Position numbers and translations under genes: made by a program | Shown: piece by piece, positions 17,459 through 25,509 of the stretch | Position numbering within the stretch: position 1 is the stretch's first letter | How the letters are laid out: each line of letters begins with the position of its first letter | Assembly: GCA_017417365.1 (NCBI GenBank) | Contig: JAFPZI010000005.1 | Location: 1 to 35,315, forward strand | Source: Synergistaceae bacterium | GTDB taxonomy: Bacteria; Synergistota; Synergistia; Synergistales; Aminobacteriaceae | Length of the DNA: 35,315 nucleotides | Direction of reading: 5' to 3' | Notes under the pieces: generated by a model | What the model saw: only the letters and a program-made list of their open reading frames with translations | Databases searched by the model: none | Told to the model about the DNA's origin: nothing

Positions 17459-18615
17459 TGGGACAGAACAATTTCTTCAAGTGGATAACTGTACCTCCCG
17501 TCGTAGCAATCGCAACGATAATGCTCGCCCGCGCTATGGGTGCAGGAAGCATAGTCGGTGAGGTCGACCTGTCGATATGGGGGCTGGTCTGGCTGCTGTT
17601 TATCGTAATGAGCGTGCTCTACGGACTGTTCATAGCTAACGGCTTCAACGTCGGGCTCGTCTCACTTCAGGCACTCGCACAAGGAGTCCTCCTGTGCCCA
17701 ATGTCCATAATGTACGGCGCGAGAATGTTCCAGTGGCTCGGGGTAATCTTGGCCGTGTGCGGAGCGTCTGCCCTAGTCGTTGCGTACAACCAGACCGAAG
17801 CCGAACGTAACAAGGTAGTAGTTCTTGAGGTTGAGGCCGACCTGAAGCAGTTACCCGTGAAGTTTGCGATAACCGACGAGACCGGAGCAATTCTGAATCT
17901 CACGAACGACATGCTAGACGTGCTCGGGATTACCCGTGTGAACATGCTCGGGAAGAACATCAGCGATTGGTTCAGCCCCGTCTCAAAGACTGCGGAAATC
18001 AACGGCAAGATTTGGGACATCAAGCGAATCAGCATCGATAACGGAAAACGCTTCTACTTTGAGCTTACCCCCAAAGGCTTACCGGCCGGCGGAGAGTCAT
18101 CAGGAGAGTCCCAGACTTCAGGAGGAGAGTCCCTGCAGTTCATCGACCCGGAAACTCAGCTTCACTCATACCGTTACGGCTTCGCAAGGATCTCCGATGA
18201 GCTGTACAGTGCCGGACGCTACAGTGAACCAGTGAGCGCAATAGTCCTGCGTCTGGTGTTCCCTCAGCTCCTGCCCACTGACGACATGGAGAAATACATA
18301 AGGCCGTTCCGTGCATTCTGTGCCCGTGTCAAGCAGGATTTACGCCAGACAGACACGGCAATACAGACGGGAGAGTTCCAGATAACTATTCTTCTGTCGC
18401 ACTGCCCATACCAGATGGTCCAGAACGTAATAGACAGACTGGCAACAATACCTAACGCGTTAGTCCCGACGTTTGAGGAGTTCCTGCACGTTACGGTCCT
18501 CAGCGTCTACGAGACAATAGAGGGCGGCAACAACGTACCATCAGCCCAAGAGTTCATTGACCGGATGAGTCAGGCAATGACCCGCAAATATTCGGCACAG
18601 GCATTATCAGAATGA
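17458..18615 (+). CDS. membrane protein with PAS-like and degenerate GGDEF-like domains
   Basis: 385-aa ORF with about 4 N-terminal TM helices, a PAS-like segment (ITDETGAILNLTNDMLDVLGITRVNMLGKNISDWF) and a G/E/S linker. A GGDEF-fold-like region follows, in which DPETQLHSYRYGF replaces DPLTGLxNRR and TGEFQ replaces GGDEF. The start overlaps the upstream stop (TAATG). Confidence 0.55.
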   Translation: MGQNNFFKWITVPPVVAIATIMLARAMGAGSIVGEVDLSIWGLVWLLFIVMSVLYGLFIANGFNVGLVSLQALAQGVLLCPMSIMYGARMFQWLGVILAVCGASALVVAYNQTEAERNKVVVLEVEADLKQLPVKFAITDETGAILNLTNDMLDVLGITRVNMLGKNISDWFSPVSKTAEINGKIWDIKRISIDNGKRFYFELTPKGLPAGGESSGESQTSGGESLQFIDPETQLHSYRYGFARISDELYSAGRYSEPVSAIVLRLVFPQLLPTDDMEKYIRPFRAFCARVKQDLRQTDTAIQTGEFQITILLSHCPYQMVQNVIDRLATIPNALVPTFEEFLHVTVLSVYETIEGGNNVPSAQEFIDRMSQAMTRKYSAQALSE

Positions 18616-19712
18616 GAAGAAGTCTGCTTAACAAATTAATACTCGGCTCATGCTCCGGGCCGTTCATGTTCGGGATATTGATATTCGTGTTAATCTTTGT
18701 GGCCGGAGATCTGCTGTTCCAAGCCGCAAAATTAATCATCGAACAGGGTGTAGCCTTCAACGTGGTAACGCGGTTATTCTTCTACCGCCTGCCAGAAGTC
18801 GTAATACTCACCGTCCCGATGTCGTCGCTGCTGTCCACACTTCTCGGAATGTCCACGCTTCACGGAGGGAGCGAACTTATTGCGTTAAAGTCTCTGGGAA
18901 TTCCCTTCACGAGAATCCTGCGGCCTATCCTGATTGCGTCATTCTTGATAGCTGTCTTGGCACTTGGCTTCAACGAGACCATTGTTCCTATGGGGTCAAT
19001 AGCTGCGGATAAGCTCATGAAGTATGAGATACTCAAGAATCAAACGAGCGTGATTCAACAAAAGGTGTTCTTGCGTGAGGAGAGCGGGGGCCAGCTCAAG
19101 AGGGTGCTATACATTGACGAACTTGACGCGAACAAGGGAAGACTCAGCGGAATAATCTTGCATGAGTTCGACGACGGCCGGATAATCTCGACACTTAATG
19201 CCCGTCGGGGAGTGTGGCAGAACTCCCAATGGTGGATAGAGGACGGAAGAATCTACGACATCAACAGCGAGGGAGAAGTGAGCTTGTTTCTGAGGTTTGA
19301 GCGTCAGAGGCTGGCAATCAAGCTCTCACCTGAACAATTGCAGAGAAGTACCCGCCGTCCCGCAGACATGAGCGCGCACGAGCTGTGGGCATATATCCGT
19401 GAGGGCGAGGGGATCGGCACTAACCTTTCAGAACTGTGGGTGTTGTTCCACCTGAAGCTGGCAGTGCCTTGGGCTTGCGTGATTATGGCGGTGCTGGGTG
19501 CCGGGTTCGGAGCGTCGAGGCGGGGGCGTTCGGGAGGCGGCGTGGGCTTCGGAATAAGCGTGGTGCTGGTGTTCGCGTATTACGTCGTGATGTCCTTGTG
19601 CCGTGCTCTTGGTGAATCCGGCAACATTCCCGCAGTCATAGCAGGCTGGGGGCCAAACATAGTGTTCATGGTTGTAGCGTTCTTCTTTGCATGGAGGGTG
19701 GACAAGATTTGA
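18612..19712 (+). CDS. LPS export ABC permease, LptF/LptG (YjgP/YjgQ) family
   Basis: 366-aa ORF with the typical YjgP/YjgQ N-terminus (LLNKLILGSCSGPFMFGILIFVLIFV...FFYRLPEVVILTVPMSSLL), a periplasmic beta-jellyroll insert and C-terminal TM helices. An ATGA overlap joins it to the upstream gene. Confidence 0.9.
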   Translation: MRRSLLNKLILGSCSGPFMFGILIFVLIFVAGDLLFQAAKLIIEQGVAFNVVTRLFFYRLPEVVILTVPMSSLLSTLLGMSTLHGGSELIALKSLGIPFTRILRPILIASFLIAVLALGFNETIVPMGSIAADKLMKYEILKNQTSVIQQKVFLREESGGQLKRVLYIDELDANKGRLSGIILHEFDDGRIISTLNARRGVWQNSQWWIEDGRIYDINSEGEVSLFLRFERQRLAIKLSPEQLQRSTRRPADMSAHELWAYIREGEGIGTNLSELWVLFHLKLAVPWACVIMAVLGAGFGASRRGRSGGGVGFGISVVLVFAYYVVMSLCRALGESGNIPAVIAGWGPNIVFMVVAFFFAWRVDKI

Positions 19713-20539
19713 GCATCGCACTCATTGCGGGTCAGGGGATTCTGCCTGTGGAGATTGCCCGGAAGCTCTCGGAACTTCAGCCGTCAACTCTCGTGATTGC
19801 CCTGCGTGATGACCCTGAAACCCTCAAGCCTTACGCCTCACGACTAGTGCACATGAGGATTCCCAATCTTGGACGGGGCGTTAGGGAAGTGAAAGCCTTC
19901 GGAGCGGACAGGGTGATAATGGCGGGAAGAATCCCAAAGCGGATAATCTTCTCACTGACCCTGTTACTGCCGTTACTGTTCGACCCTCTGAGCAGAAGAG
20001 TCCTCAAGAACTCCCTGCGAGATGACCACTCATTATTAGGCTCAATCGTCAAGGCCCTCGAGGATGAGGGATTAACGGTGATTCCTTACTGGCAGATTCT
20101 CCCGGAGTTCATAGCCGGTGAGGGGAAGTTGTCCGCTCGTTCACCGACGGAGCAAGAGTCCCGTGATGCCGAATATGGGCGTGAGGTGCTGAGTGTGATT
20201 CTGCCGTGTTCGTTCGGTCAAGGGGTGTGCGTTGCGGGGGGAGCTGTCGTGGCTGTTGAGGCTATGGAGGGAACGGACAAGATGATTCAGCGAGCCGGGA
20301 CCCTCGCCAGACGCGGAGTGGTCGTGAAGATGATGAAGTCTGGGCAAGACATGAGGTACGACCTGCCGACTGTTGGGCCTCAGACCCTCGAGAACATGAG
20401 GGGTTCGGGTTTGACGTGTTTAGCTGTTGAGGCCGGGAAGACGCTTATTCTTGAGCCGGAGAAATTCTTTGTGCTCGCGGAAAAGTATGACATTGCAGTT
20501 TGGGGGATAAGTAATGCGCAAGAAATTTGTTGTCGGTGA
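19691..20539 (+). CDS. lpxI: UDP-2,3-diacylglucosamine diphosphatase LpxI (DUF1009 family)
   Basis: IALIAGQGILPVEIARKL at the N-terminus and AVEAMEGTDKMIQRAG near the C-terminus are LpxI hallmarks. The true start may be TTG 19709, which makes a TTGA overlap with the lptF/G stop and has GGAGG upstream. Confidence 0.8.
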   Translation: MEGGQDLSIALIAGQGILPVEIARKLSELQPSTLVIALRDDPETLKPYASRLVHMRIPNLGRGVREVKAFGADRVIMAGRIPKRIIFSLTLLLPLLFDPLSRRVLKNSLRDDHSLLGSIVKALEDEGLTVIPYWQILPEFIAGEGKLSARSPTEQESRDAEYGREVLSVILPCSFGQGVCVAGGAVVAVEAMEGTDKMIQRAGTLARRGVVVKMMKSGQDMRYDLPTVGPQTLENMRGSGLTCLAVEAGKTLILEPEKFFVLAEKYDIAVWGISNAQEICCR

Positions 20540-20960
20540 TTCTGGTACAGGGGAAGCGTTAGAGAATGAGCTCTCCTTAATGTCCTACTTTGTGGGGAAC
20601 GTCTTTGCGGTGCCTGTGGGAGCCTCGCTTAACAAGAACGCCTTCTGCCTCTCACTAGCAGTAATCACCCTCACTGCCGCGAACATGTACGGTGTCAATC
20701 TCTCATGGCTTCAGCCCGCCACTCTCGGAACGATGATAATCATCATAGCTCCCGGCACCACATGGGCACCGGTTATAGCCCTCTCCGCACTGTTTGAGCA
20801 TATCGGCTGCCCGTTGAGCTCAATCGGTGTTGTTCTGGCAATATATCCCCTTCTGGACATGGCGGACACAGTAACGACCTGCAGCGGCACAATAGCTTCA
20901 ACTCTCACGGCTGCGGGAATGTGCGGACTTCTTGACACTGGAGAATACTCGAGGCCATGA
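20514..20960 (+). pseudogene. degenerate C-terminal remnant of a dicarboxylate/amino acid:cation symporter (SDF/GltP family)
   Basis: 148-aa ORF that aligns by eye with the last third of GltP-type carriers, but the signature motifs are decayed:
- VPVGASLNKNAF vs LPLGATINMDGT
- IIAPGTT vs GVPGAG
- LLDMADTVTTCSGT vs ILDMGRTMVNVTGD
The N-terminal two thirds of the carrier are absent. The ORF remains open and overlaps both the lpxI end and the lpxB start (ATGA). Confidence 0.5.
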
Positions 20961-22075
20961 ATATATTTGTGTCATGCGGGGAAGTCAGCGGGGATATTTA
21001 CGCTTCTGCATTCATCCGTGAAGTTCTGAAGGCCTCTCCAGACTCTCACGTTTGGGGGATGTTCGGCCCGGAAGGAGAGGCTGCCGGAGGTCTGGCCAAA
21101 TGGAGCTACGAAGAGTTGAAGCTGATGGGAATTGTTGAAGTTATTCCAGCCCTGCCGAGAATTTTCCGCCTCAAGAAGGCCATTACCCGCGAGATTCTCA
21201 ACGCCAAGCCGGACTCTGTTGTGCTGATAGACAGCCCTGACTTTCACCTGATGCTTGCACACTCACTCAGGAAGGCCGGGTACTCTGGGAAAATCATCTC
21301 GCTTATTCCTCCTACGGTGTGGGCTTGGAGGGCAGGAAGGGTAAAGAACCTCAGGAGGGATTATGATTTCTGCCTGCCGTTGTTCTCGTTCGAGCATAAG
21401 TTCTTGCTTGAGCGCGGGGTGAAATCCCTATGGACGGCACACCCTTTGGTGCATGAACTCGAGGGAGTGAGACTCTCTGAGGCCTTCACGAAAAAGTTCA
21501 GGGGGTGTGAGAATGTTATTGCCCTGATGCCCGGAAGCCGACGCTACGACATTCACTATCACCTTGACGCTCTTTTGGGCACTGCCGGAATCCTCAAGGC
21601 CAAAGGTTATGTGCCGGTGTTCTCCGTAGCTCCGGGACTCACTGGTGAGGTCGCTGACGTTCTGCGTGAACGCGTGAGGGATTCGGGGTTCGGTCTCTGG
21701 GAGGGTGAGGGGCGTGAACTCATGCTGGGTGCTCGAGCTGTTGCTGGGGTGTCGGGAACAGTTGCGGTTGAGGCAATGCTGTTGGGGCGGTATATGGTCG
21801 TAATCTACAACATGAAGCCGATAACTTACGCAATCCTTAAGCGTCTTGTGCGCGTCAAGAACATATCAATTCCGAACATGCTCACGGATAAAGCCGTGTA
21901 CCCTGAGCTTCTGTGTGAGGCAGCAAATCCCGAGCGGATTGTGTCGGAACTTGGCCGGTATCTTGATGACGAGACCACACGGAGGGAAATAGACTCACGT
22001 CTCCTCAGGGCGCGGGACTCAATGGGCACGGACAACGCCGCGAAGTTCTGGGCTGAGTGCGTAATTCACGCGTAA
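20957..22075 (+). CDS. lpxB: lipid-A-disaccharide synthase LpxB
   Basis: 372-aa ORF. The N-terminus MNIFVSCGEVSGDIYASAFI (the GExSGD motif) and GT-B fold conservation match LpxB. It follows lpxI. Confidence 0.9.
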   Translation: MNIFVSCGEVSGDIYASAFIREVLKASPDSHVWGMFGPEGEAAGGLAKWSYEELKLMGIVEVIPALPRIFRLKKAITREILNAKPDSVVLIDSPDFHLMLAHSLRKAGYSGKIISLIPPTVWAWRAGRVKNLRRDYDFCLPLFSFEHKFLLERGVKSLWTAHPLVHELEGVRLSEAFTKKFRGCENVIALMPGSRRYDIHYHLDALLGTAGILKAKGYVPVFSVAPGLTGEVADVLRERVRDSGFGLWEGEGRELMLGARAVAGVSGTVAVEAMLLGRYMVVIYNMKPITYAILKRLVRVKNISIPNMLTDKAVYPELLCEAANPERIVSELGRYLDDETTRREIDSRLLRARDSMGTDNAAKFWAECVIHA

Positions 22076-22100
22076 CATTTTTTCGCGCAAAAGTGTTATT

Positions 22101-22138
22101 ATTCCTCCTATCCTAAATATTACAGGAGGAATTTTTCT
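22101..22138 (+). terminator. rho-independent terminator after lpxB whose 3' arm contains the Shine-Dalgarno of the next gene
   Basis: A perfect 9-bp stem pairs attcctcct (22101-22109) with aggaggaat (22124-22132) around a 14-nt loop. A T-run follows at 22132-22136. The ATG of the next ORF is at 22140. Confidence 0.55.
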
Positions 22139-22139
22139 C

Positions 22140-22916
22140 ATGAGACGTATTACCGCGCTCGTATTATTGCTGGTGCTGAATGCTCCTGCATTCTCACACG
22201 AACTCACAATCAGGGCCAAGAGCAGAGAACTCAAGGCCGGTGAACCCTTTCACGTTACGGTGCAGTCCTCCCACAAGTTCATAGTGCCCGAAGAAGTCGA
22301 AGTGCTCTCCCGCGTCAAGGCAGGCATTATTGAGGGAGGGAAGCTCATAGAGTCCGAACTTGCCGCCAATGACCCGGAACTGTGCATAGATTTCACGGTT
22401 ACCCCTCACGATTTGTCCGGCTCAGTCATTCTTGCTGCGATTAAGGACGGTGAGACTTGGTGCGTAACGAACGAGGGCGGGAAGTCAGGAGCACGCAAAG
22501 ATCTCGAGGCTCAGGGCTTGAAGGTCCTCCGAGCAACTAAGAACGACAAGTACGCTAAGGCCCTGTTCAACACCTCACCAGACGACACGAAATTTTCGCA
22601 GGCAGTCGGGCACCCTCTGGAGATTATCCCGCTAACTAACCCTGCAAGTGCGCGAGTCGGTGAGTATTTCCGCGTCAAGATTCTCCTGAACGGCCAGCCA
22701 TACACCGGGCCTGTTTGGGCAACGTATGACGGTTTCGTTACCGAGTACGAGAACACTTACGCCTACTACACCGAAGCCGAGAACGGTGAAGCCCACATCA
22801 AGATTACGGCACCTGGCCTGTGGGGAATCAGGGCATTTCAGGGAGATCTGCCGGGAGTTGAGGGAGATTATGACTCTCTGACGTTGAGGGCGTTTCTGCT
22901 GTTCGAGGTGAAATGA
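22140..22916 (+). CDS. periplasmic DUF4198-family protein (Ni/Co uptake accessory, NikK-like)
   Basis: 258-aa ORF with a signal peptide ending AFSHE, so His is at or near the mature N-terminus. The C-terminal transthyretin-like block is PLEIIPLTNPASARVGEYFRVKILLNGQPYTGP...APGLWGIRA. It is the first gene of the cbiM cluster. Confidence 0.6.
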   Translation: MRRITALVLLLVLNAPAFSHELTIRAKSRELKAGEPFHVTVQSSHKFIVPEEVEVLSRVKAGIIEGGKLIESELAANDPELCIDFTVTPHDLSGSVILAAIKDGETWCVTNEGGKSGARKDLEAQGLKVLRATKNDKYAKALFNTSPDDTKFSQAVGHPLEIIPLTNPASARVGEYFRVKILLNGQPYTGPVWATYDGFVTEYENTYAYYTEAENGEAHIKITAPGLWGIRAFQGDLPGVEGDYDSLTLRAFLLFEVK

Positions 22917-23362
22917 GGCGGTTAGTGTTAGTGCTTGTGCTGGCTCTGTGGGCGGGTGAATGCTTTGCTCACGGAGTCGGCTACAGGCAGTCGGAATTAC
23001 GCGCAATCCCTCTTGAGTTCTTCTACTCGACCGGCGAAAAGATGAGCTGCCGTGAAGCCCGTGTGTTCTCCCCAAAGGACGAGAAATTTGCTGTGCAGTC
23101 TGGACGCACCGATGAAGAGGGACGTTTTGCGTTCGTTCCCGACTGCTCTGGGGATTGGCGGGTGATTGTCCGAGACGAGGAAGGGCATCAATGCACGGCA
23201 GATTTGACCATCACTCAGGACTTCCTAGACGGCAGGACTCAGAGTCAGACTCAGGACTCCTTACTGCCTCAAGGGATGGACTTACTCATTCGGGCATTGC
23301 TGGGGGTAAGCGTAATCTTCAACCTAGCACTAATTCTGCGGAGGTCAAAACATGCACATTAG
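22913..23362 (+). CDS. small bitopic periplasmic protein (NikL/CbiN-position accessory, family uncertain)
   Basis: 149-aa ORF with a signal/TM segment ending CFAHG, a transthyretin-like core (TDEEGRFAFVPDCSGDWRVIVRDEEGH) and a C-terminal TM helix (LLIRALLGVSVIFNLALIL). It overlaps both neighbours. Confidence 0.45.
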   Translation: MRRLVLVLVLALWAGECFAHGVGYRQSELRAIPLEFFYSTGEKMSCREARVFSPKDEKFAVQSGRTDEEGRFAFVPDCSGDWRVIVRDEEGHQCTADLTITQDFLDGRTQSQTQDSLLPQGMDLLIRALLGVSVIFNLALILRRSKHAH

Positions 23363-23942
23363 CGAGGGGATTTTGTCGGGGGGCGTATTGCTGGCCGGCT
23401 GGGCGGGAACTTCTGCGGGAGTTGCTGTTGGACTCAAGCACACGGACTCCGCAAAAATCGTTAGGACGGCGTTAATCTCTTCAGCGTTCTTCTTGGCCTC
23501 ACTTGTGAACATCAGGATTGGGCCAAGTTCCACACACTTGACGCTCCTCGCTCCGATGGGGCTGATTCTGGGTTGGGGGGTATTTCCTGCGGTACTCGTG
23601 GCGTTGACGCTTCAGGCTGTGCTGTTCCACTTCGGGGGGCTGGTCGTTCTTGGGGTGAACACGTTCATTATGGGCTTCTCGGCACTGAGCGTGTATCTGG
23701 TGTTCGGTCGTGCGGTCCGTGAGAGCAAGAGAGGTGCTGTGTTGTCGTTCTTGGCCGGAAGTTTGGCGGTAATTCTCGCTGCGGGACTAGCCGGTGTGAG
23801 TCTGGCGATGACTGACCCGAATTTCTTGAACGCCGCAAAAGTCCTAATCATTGCCCACATACCTTTAGCGATAATTGAGGGAGCTGTTACGGTGTTCATG
23901 GTTAGCTGGCTGAAGAGGTCGGCACCCGAATTTCTGTCATGA
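23352..23942 (+). CDS. cbiM: ECF-type cobalt/nickel transporter substrate component CbiM/NikM
   Basis: 196-aa polytopic ORF that starts with the metal-binding N-terminus MHISEGIL characteristic of CbiM/NikM. Confidence 0.9.
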   Translation: MHISEGILSGGVLLAGWAGTSAGVAVGLKHTDSAKIVRTALISSAFFLASLVNIRIGPSSTHLTLLAPMGLILGWGVFPAVLVALTLQAVLFHFGGLVVLGVNTFIMGFSALSVYLVFGRAVRESKRGAVLSFLAGSLAVILAAGLAGVSLAMTDPNFLNAAKVLIIAHIPLAIIEGAVTVFMVSWLKRSAPEFLS

Positions 23943-24625
23943 CCCGGGACGCGTACACTCTGGAATTTTCCGCTCCTGCCTCCGGGACAACCCGCAAAAT
24001 CTCTCCTGAAGTCCTCGTGATCTCGTCGGTGATTTATGCCCTGCTGGTAACGTGTGCGGAGTCGATTGCTGGTTTGGTCTTGTGCATGCCGCTTCCTGCC
24101 GTGTTAATCTTGAGACGAAAAATAGAACATGTTCGATTAATTTGCTTGGACCTCGTCATGATAATCACGATGGGTCTGACTTGGCCGGTAATGAGCGAGG
24201 GGCTGATTATGGGACTGATAACGGCGTGGCGCGTGGACATGATATATGTGGTGTTTGCCGGGCTGGTTGTTCCGTTGGGTGCGGGAGCTGTGTATTCGCT
24301 GCCTCTGCCGGAAAAGCTCAGGGTGCTGCTGATTCTGACTGTGCGGGGGATATTCATTCTTCGTGAGAGCCTACAGACTGCATTAATCTCTGTGAAGCTC
24401 CGTGCTCCGAACGTGAAGGGCATGATGAAGCTGAAGGTGTTTGCGTATGTTTTGGGGGGTACGCTGCTGAAGGCTTCGGCAAAGTCGGAACGTATGATGT
24501 TGGCTGTTGAGAGTCGGGGAGGGTTTGGGGGGTTCCGTCAGGGTGAGGGCGGGAAGTTTGGTGTGAGTGATTGGTGTGTGCTTGCGGGAATGGGTGTGTA
24601 TTTGGCGGTGATTGTTGTTGCGTGA
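23939..24625 (+). CDS. cbiQ: ECF transporter transmembrane (T) component CbiQ
   Basis: 228-aa polytopic ORF between cbiM and cbiO, with an ATGA overlap onto cbiM. It has the Arg-containing coupling-helix region (VKLRAPN...ERMMLAVESRG). Confidence 0.8.
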   Translation: MTRDAYTLEFSAPASGTTRKISPEVLVISSVIYALLVTCAESIAGLVLCMPLPAVLILRRKIEHVRLICLDLVMIITMGLTWPVMSEGLIMGLITAWRVDMIYVVFAGLVVPLGAGAVYSLPLPEKLRVLLILTVRGIFILRESLQTALISVKLRAPNVKGMMKLKVFAYVLGGTLLKASAKSERMMLAVESRGGFGGFRQGEGGKFGVSDWCVLAGMGVYLAVIVVA

Positions 24626-24860
24626 AGTTTGGGGGTATGGCTGCCCCGACGGACACGGGCAATTTTGGGGAAGTGTGATGTGTGTTGGGAGTGAATGAGG
24701 TTGCGTGAAGTTTGGGTGAATAGCTGCCACTATGGACACGGGCACTTTGGGGAGGCGTGATGAGTGTTGGGGGTGATTGTGGTTGCTTGAGATTTGGGGG
24801 GTGAGGTACAGTTACCCCGACGGACACGAGGCACTTCGGGGCGTAACGTTCTCTGTTTGT
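24608..24860 (+). repeat. three tandem, degenerate copies (about 82-83 bp each) of the cbiQ-3'/cbiO-5' junction
   Basis: Units start at 24608 (gtgattgttgttgcgtga), 24691 (gtgaatgaggttgcgtga) and 24773 (gtgattgtggttgcttga). Each is followed by a (g)aagtttggg...ggacacg(g/a)ggca(c)ttt(c)gggg..gcgt(g/a)a block. Unit 1 supplies the real cbiQ stop and unit 3 supplies the real cbiO start. Confidence 0.8.
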
Positions 24861-25499
24861 GAGGGTGAGAAGATTGCTCTTGCTGGTGCTAACGGTTCGG
24901 GGAAATCTACGTTACTGCTGCACCTTGCCGGAGCTATTGACGTTCAGGAGGGGCGGATCACGTTCAAGGGTGATGCTTCACAGGAGGCACTGCGCAAAAA
25001 TATCGGCCTGACGTTCCAGGACTCCGACGATGAATTACTCATGCCCACAGTTCTCGAGGACGCAACATTCTCACTAGTTGCCGGAGGAATGAGCGTCAAT
25101 GAAGCGCGGGAACGTGCCCGTAAGATTCTCGCCTCTCTGGGAATAGCACACTTGGCCGAACGCCCTCCGCACAAACTCTCTGGGGGTGAAAAGCGTATGG
25201 TGTCGTTCGCTGGGGTTCTTGCGGGTGAACCTGAAGTCTTGGCACTCGATGAACCTTCTGCGGGGCTGGACCCGAGAGCGCGCCGGAGGGTGATTAACTT
25301 TTTGCGTGAGACCAGCAAGACAATCATTCTGGCGACTCATGATCTGGATATGGCGTTGGACGTGTGCACTAGAGCAATAATTCTGAGTGATGGGGCTGTG
25401 GCGTGTGAAGGTGAACTGCCGGACCTGTTCATAAATCGTGAAGTTCTTGAAGCTAACGGGCTTGAACTTCCTTTGCGTTACAGTTATAGTACTTCGTGA
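24777..25499 (+). CDS. cbiO: ECF/cobalt-type ABC transporter ATP-binding protein CbiO
   Basis: Walker A GANGSGKST, signature LSGGEKRMV and Walker B VLALDEPSAGLD are all present. The start codon is uncertain among TTG 24777, TTG 24783 (GGGGGTGA SD-like sequence 7-8 nt upstream) and GTG 24801. Confidence 0.9.
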   Translation: MWLLEIWGVRYSYPDGHEALRGVTFSVCEGEKIALAGANGSGKSTLLLHLAGAIDVQEGRITFKGDASQEALRKNIGLTFQDSDDELLMPTVLEDATFSLVAGGMSVNEARERARKILASLGIAHLAERPPHKLSGGEKRMVSFAGVLAGEPEVLALDEPSAGLDPRARRRVINFLRETSKTIILATHDLDMALDVCTRAIILSDGAVACEGELPDLFINREVLEANGLELPLRYSYSTS

Positions 25500-25509
25500 G
25501 GTGATATTA

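Noticed and set aside
22076-22139. Cobalamin or NiCo riboswitch upstream of the cbiM cluster
   Set aside because: Only 64 nt separate lpxB from the first cluster gene, and most of that is the terminator hairpin. This is far too short for a B12 (~200 nt) or NiCo (~90 nt) riboswitch, and I saw no B12-box.
24354-24827. 157-aa (and nested 120-aa) minus-strand ORFs encoding a P/T/S/H/Q-rich repetitive protein across the cbiQ end and the repeat spacer
   Set aside because: They lie antisense to cbiQ and to the junction repeats. Their periodic, low-complexity composition is simply the reverse translation of the GT-rich tandem units. No RBS or start context is present, and they overlap a well-supported gene.
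24608-24860. Possible CRISPR array, given regularly spaced repeats (also considered for 33021-33240)
   Set aside because: The units are contiguous, degenerate tandem copies of 82-83 bp or about 45 bp. They have no alternation of conserved repeats with unique spacers, and no cas genes are in the window.
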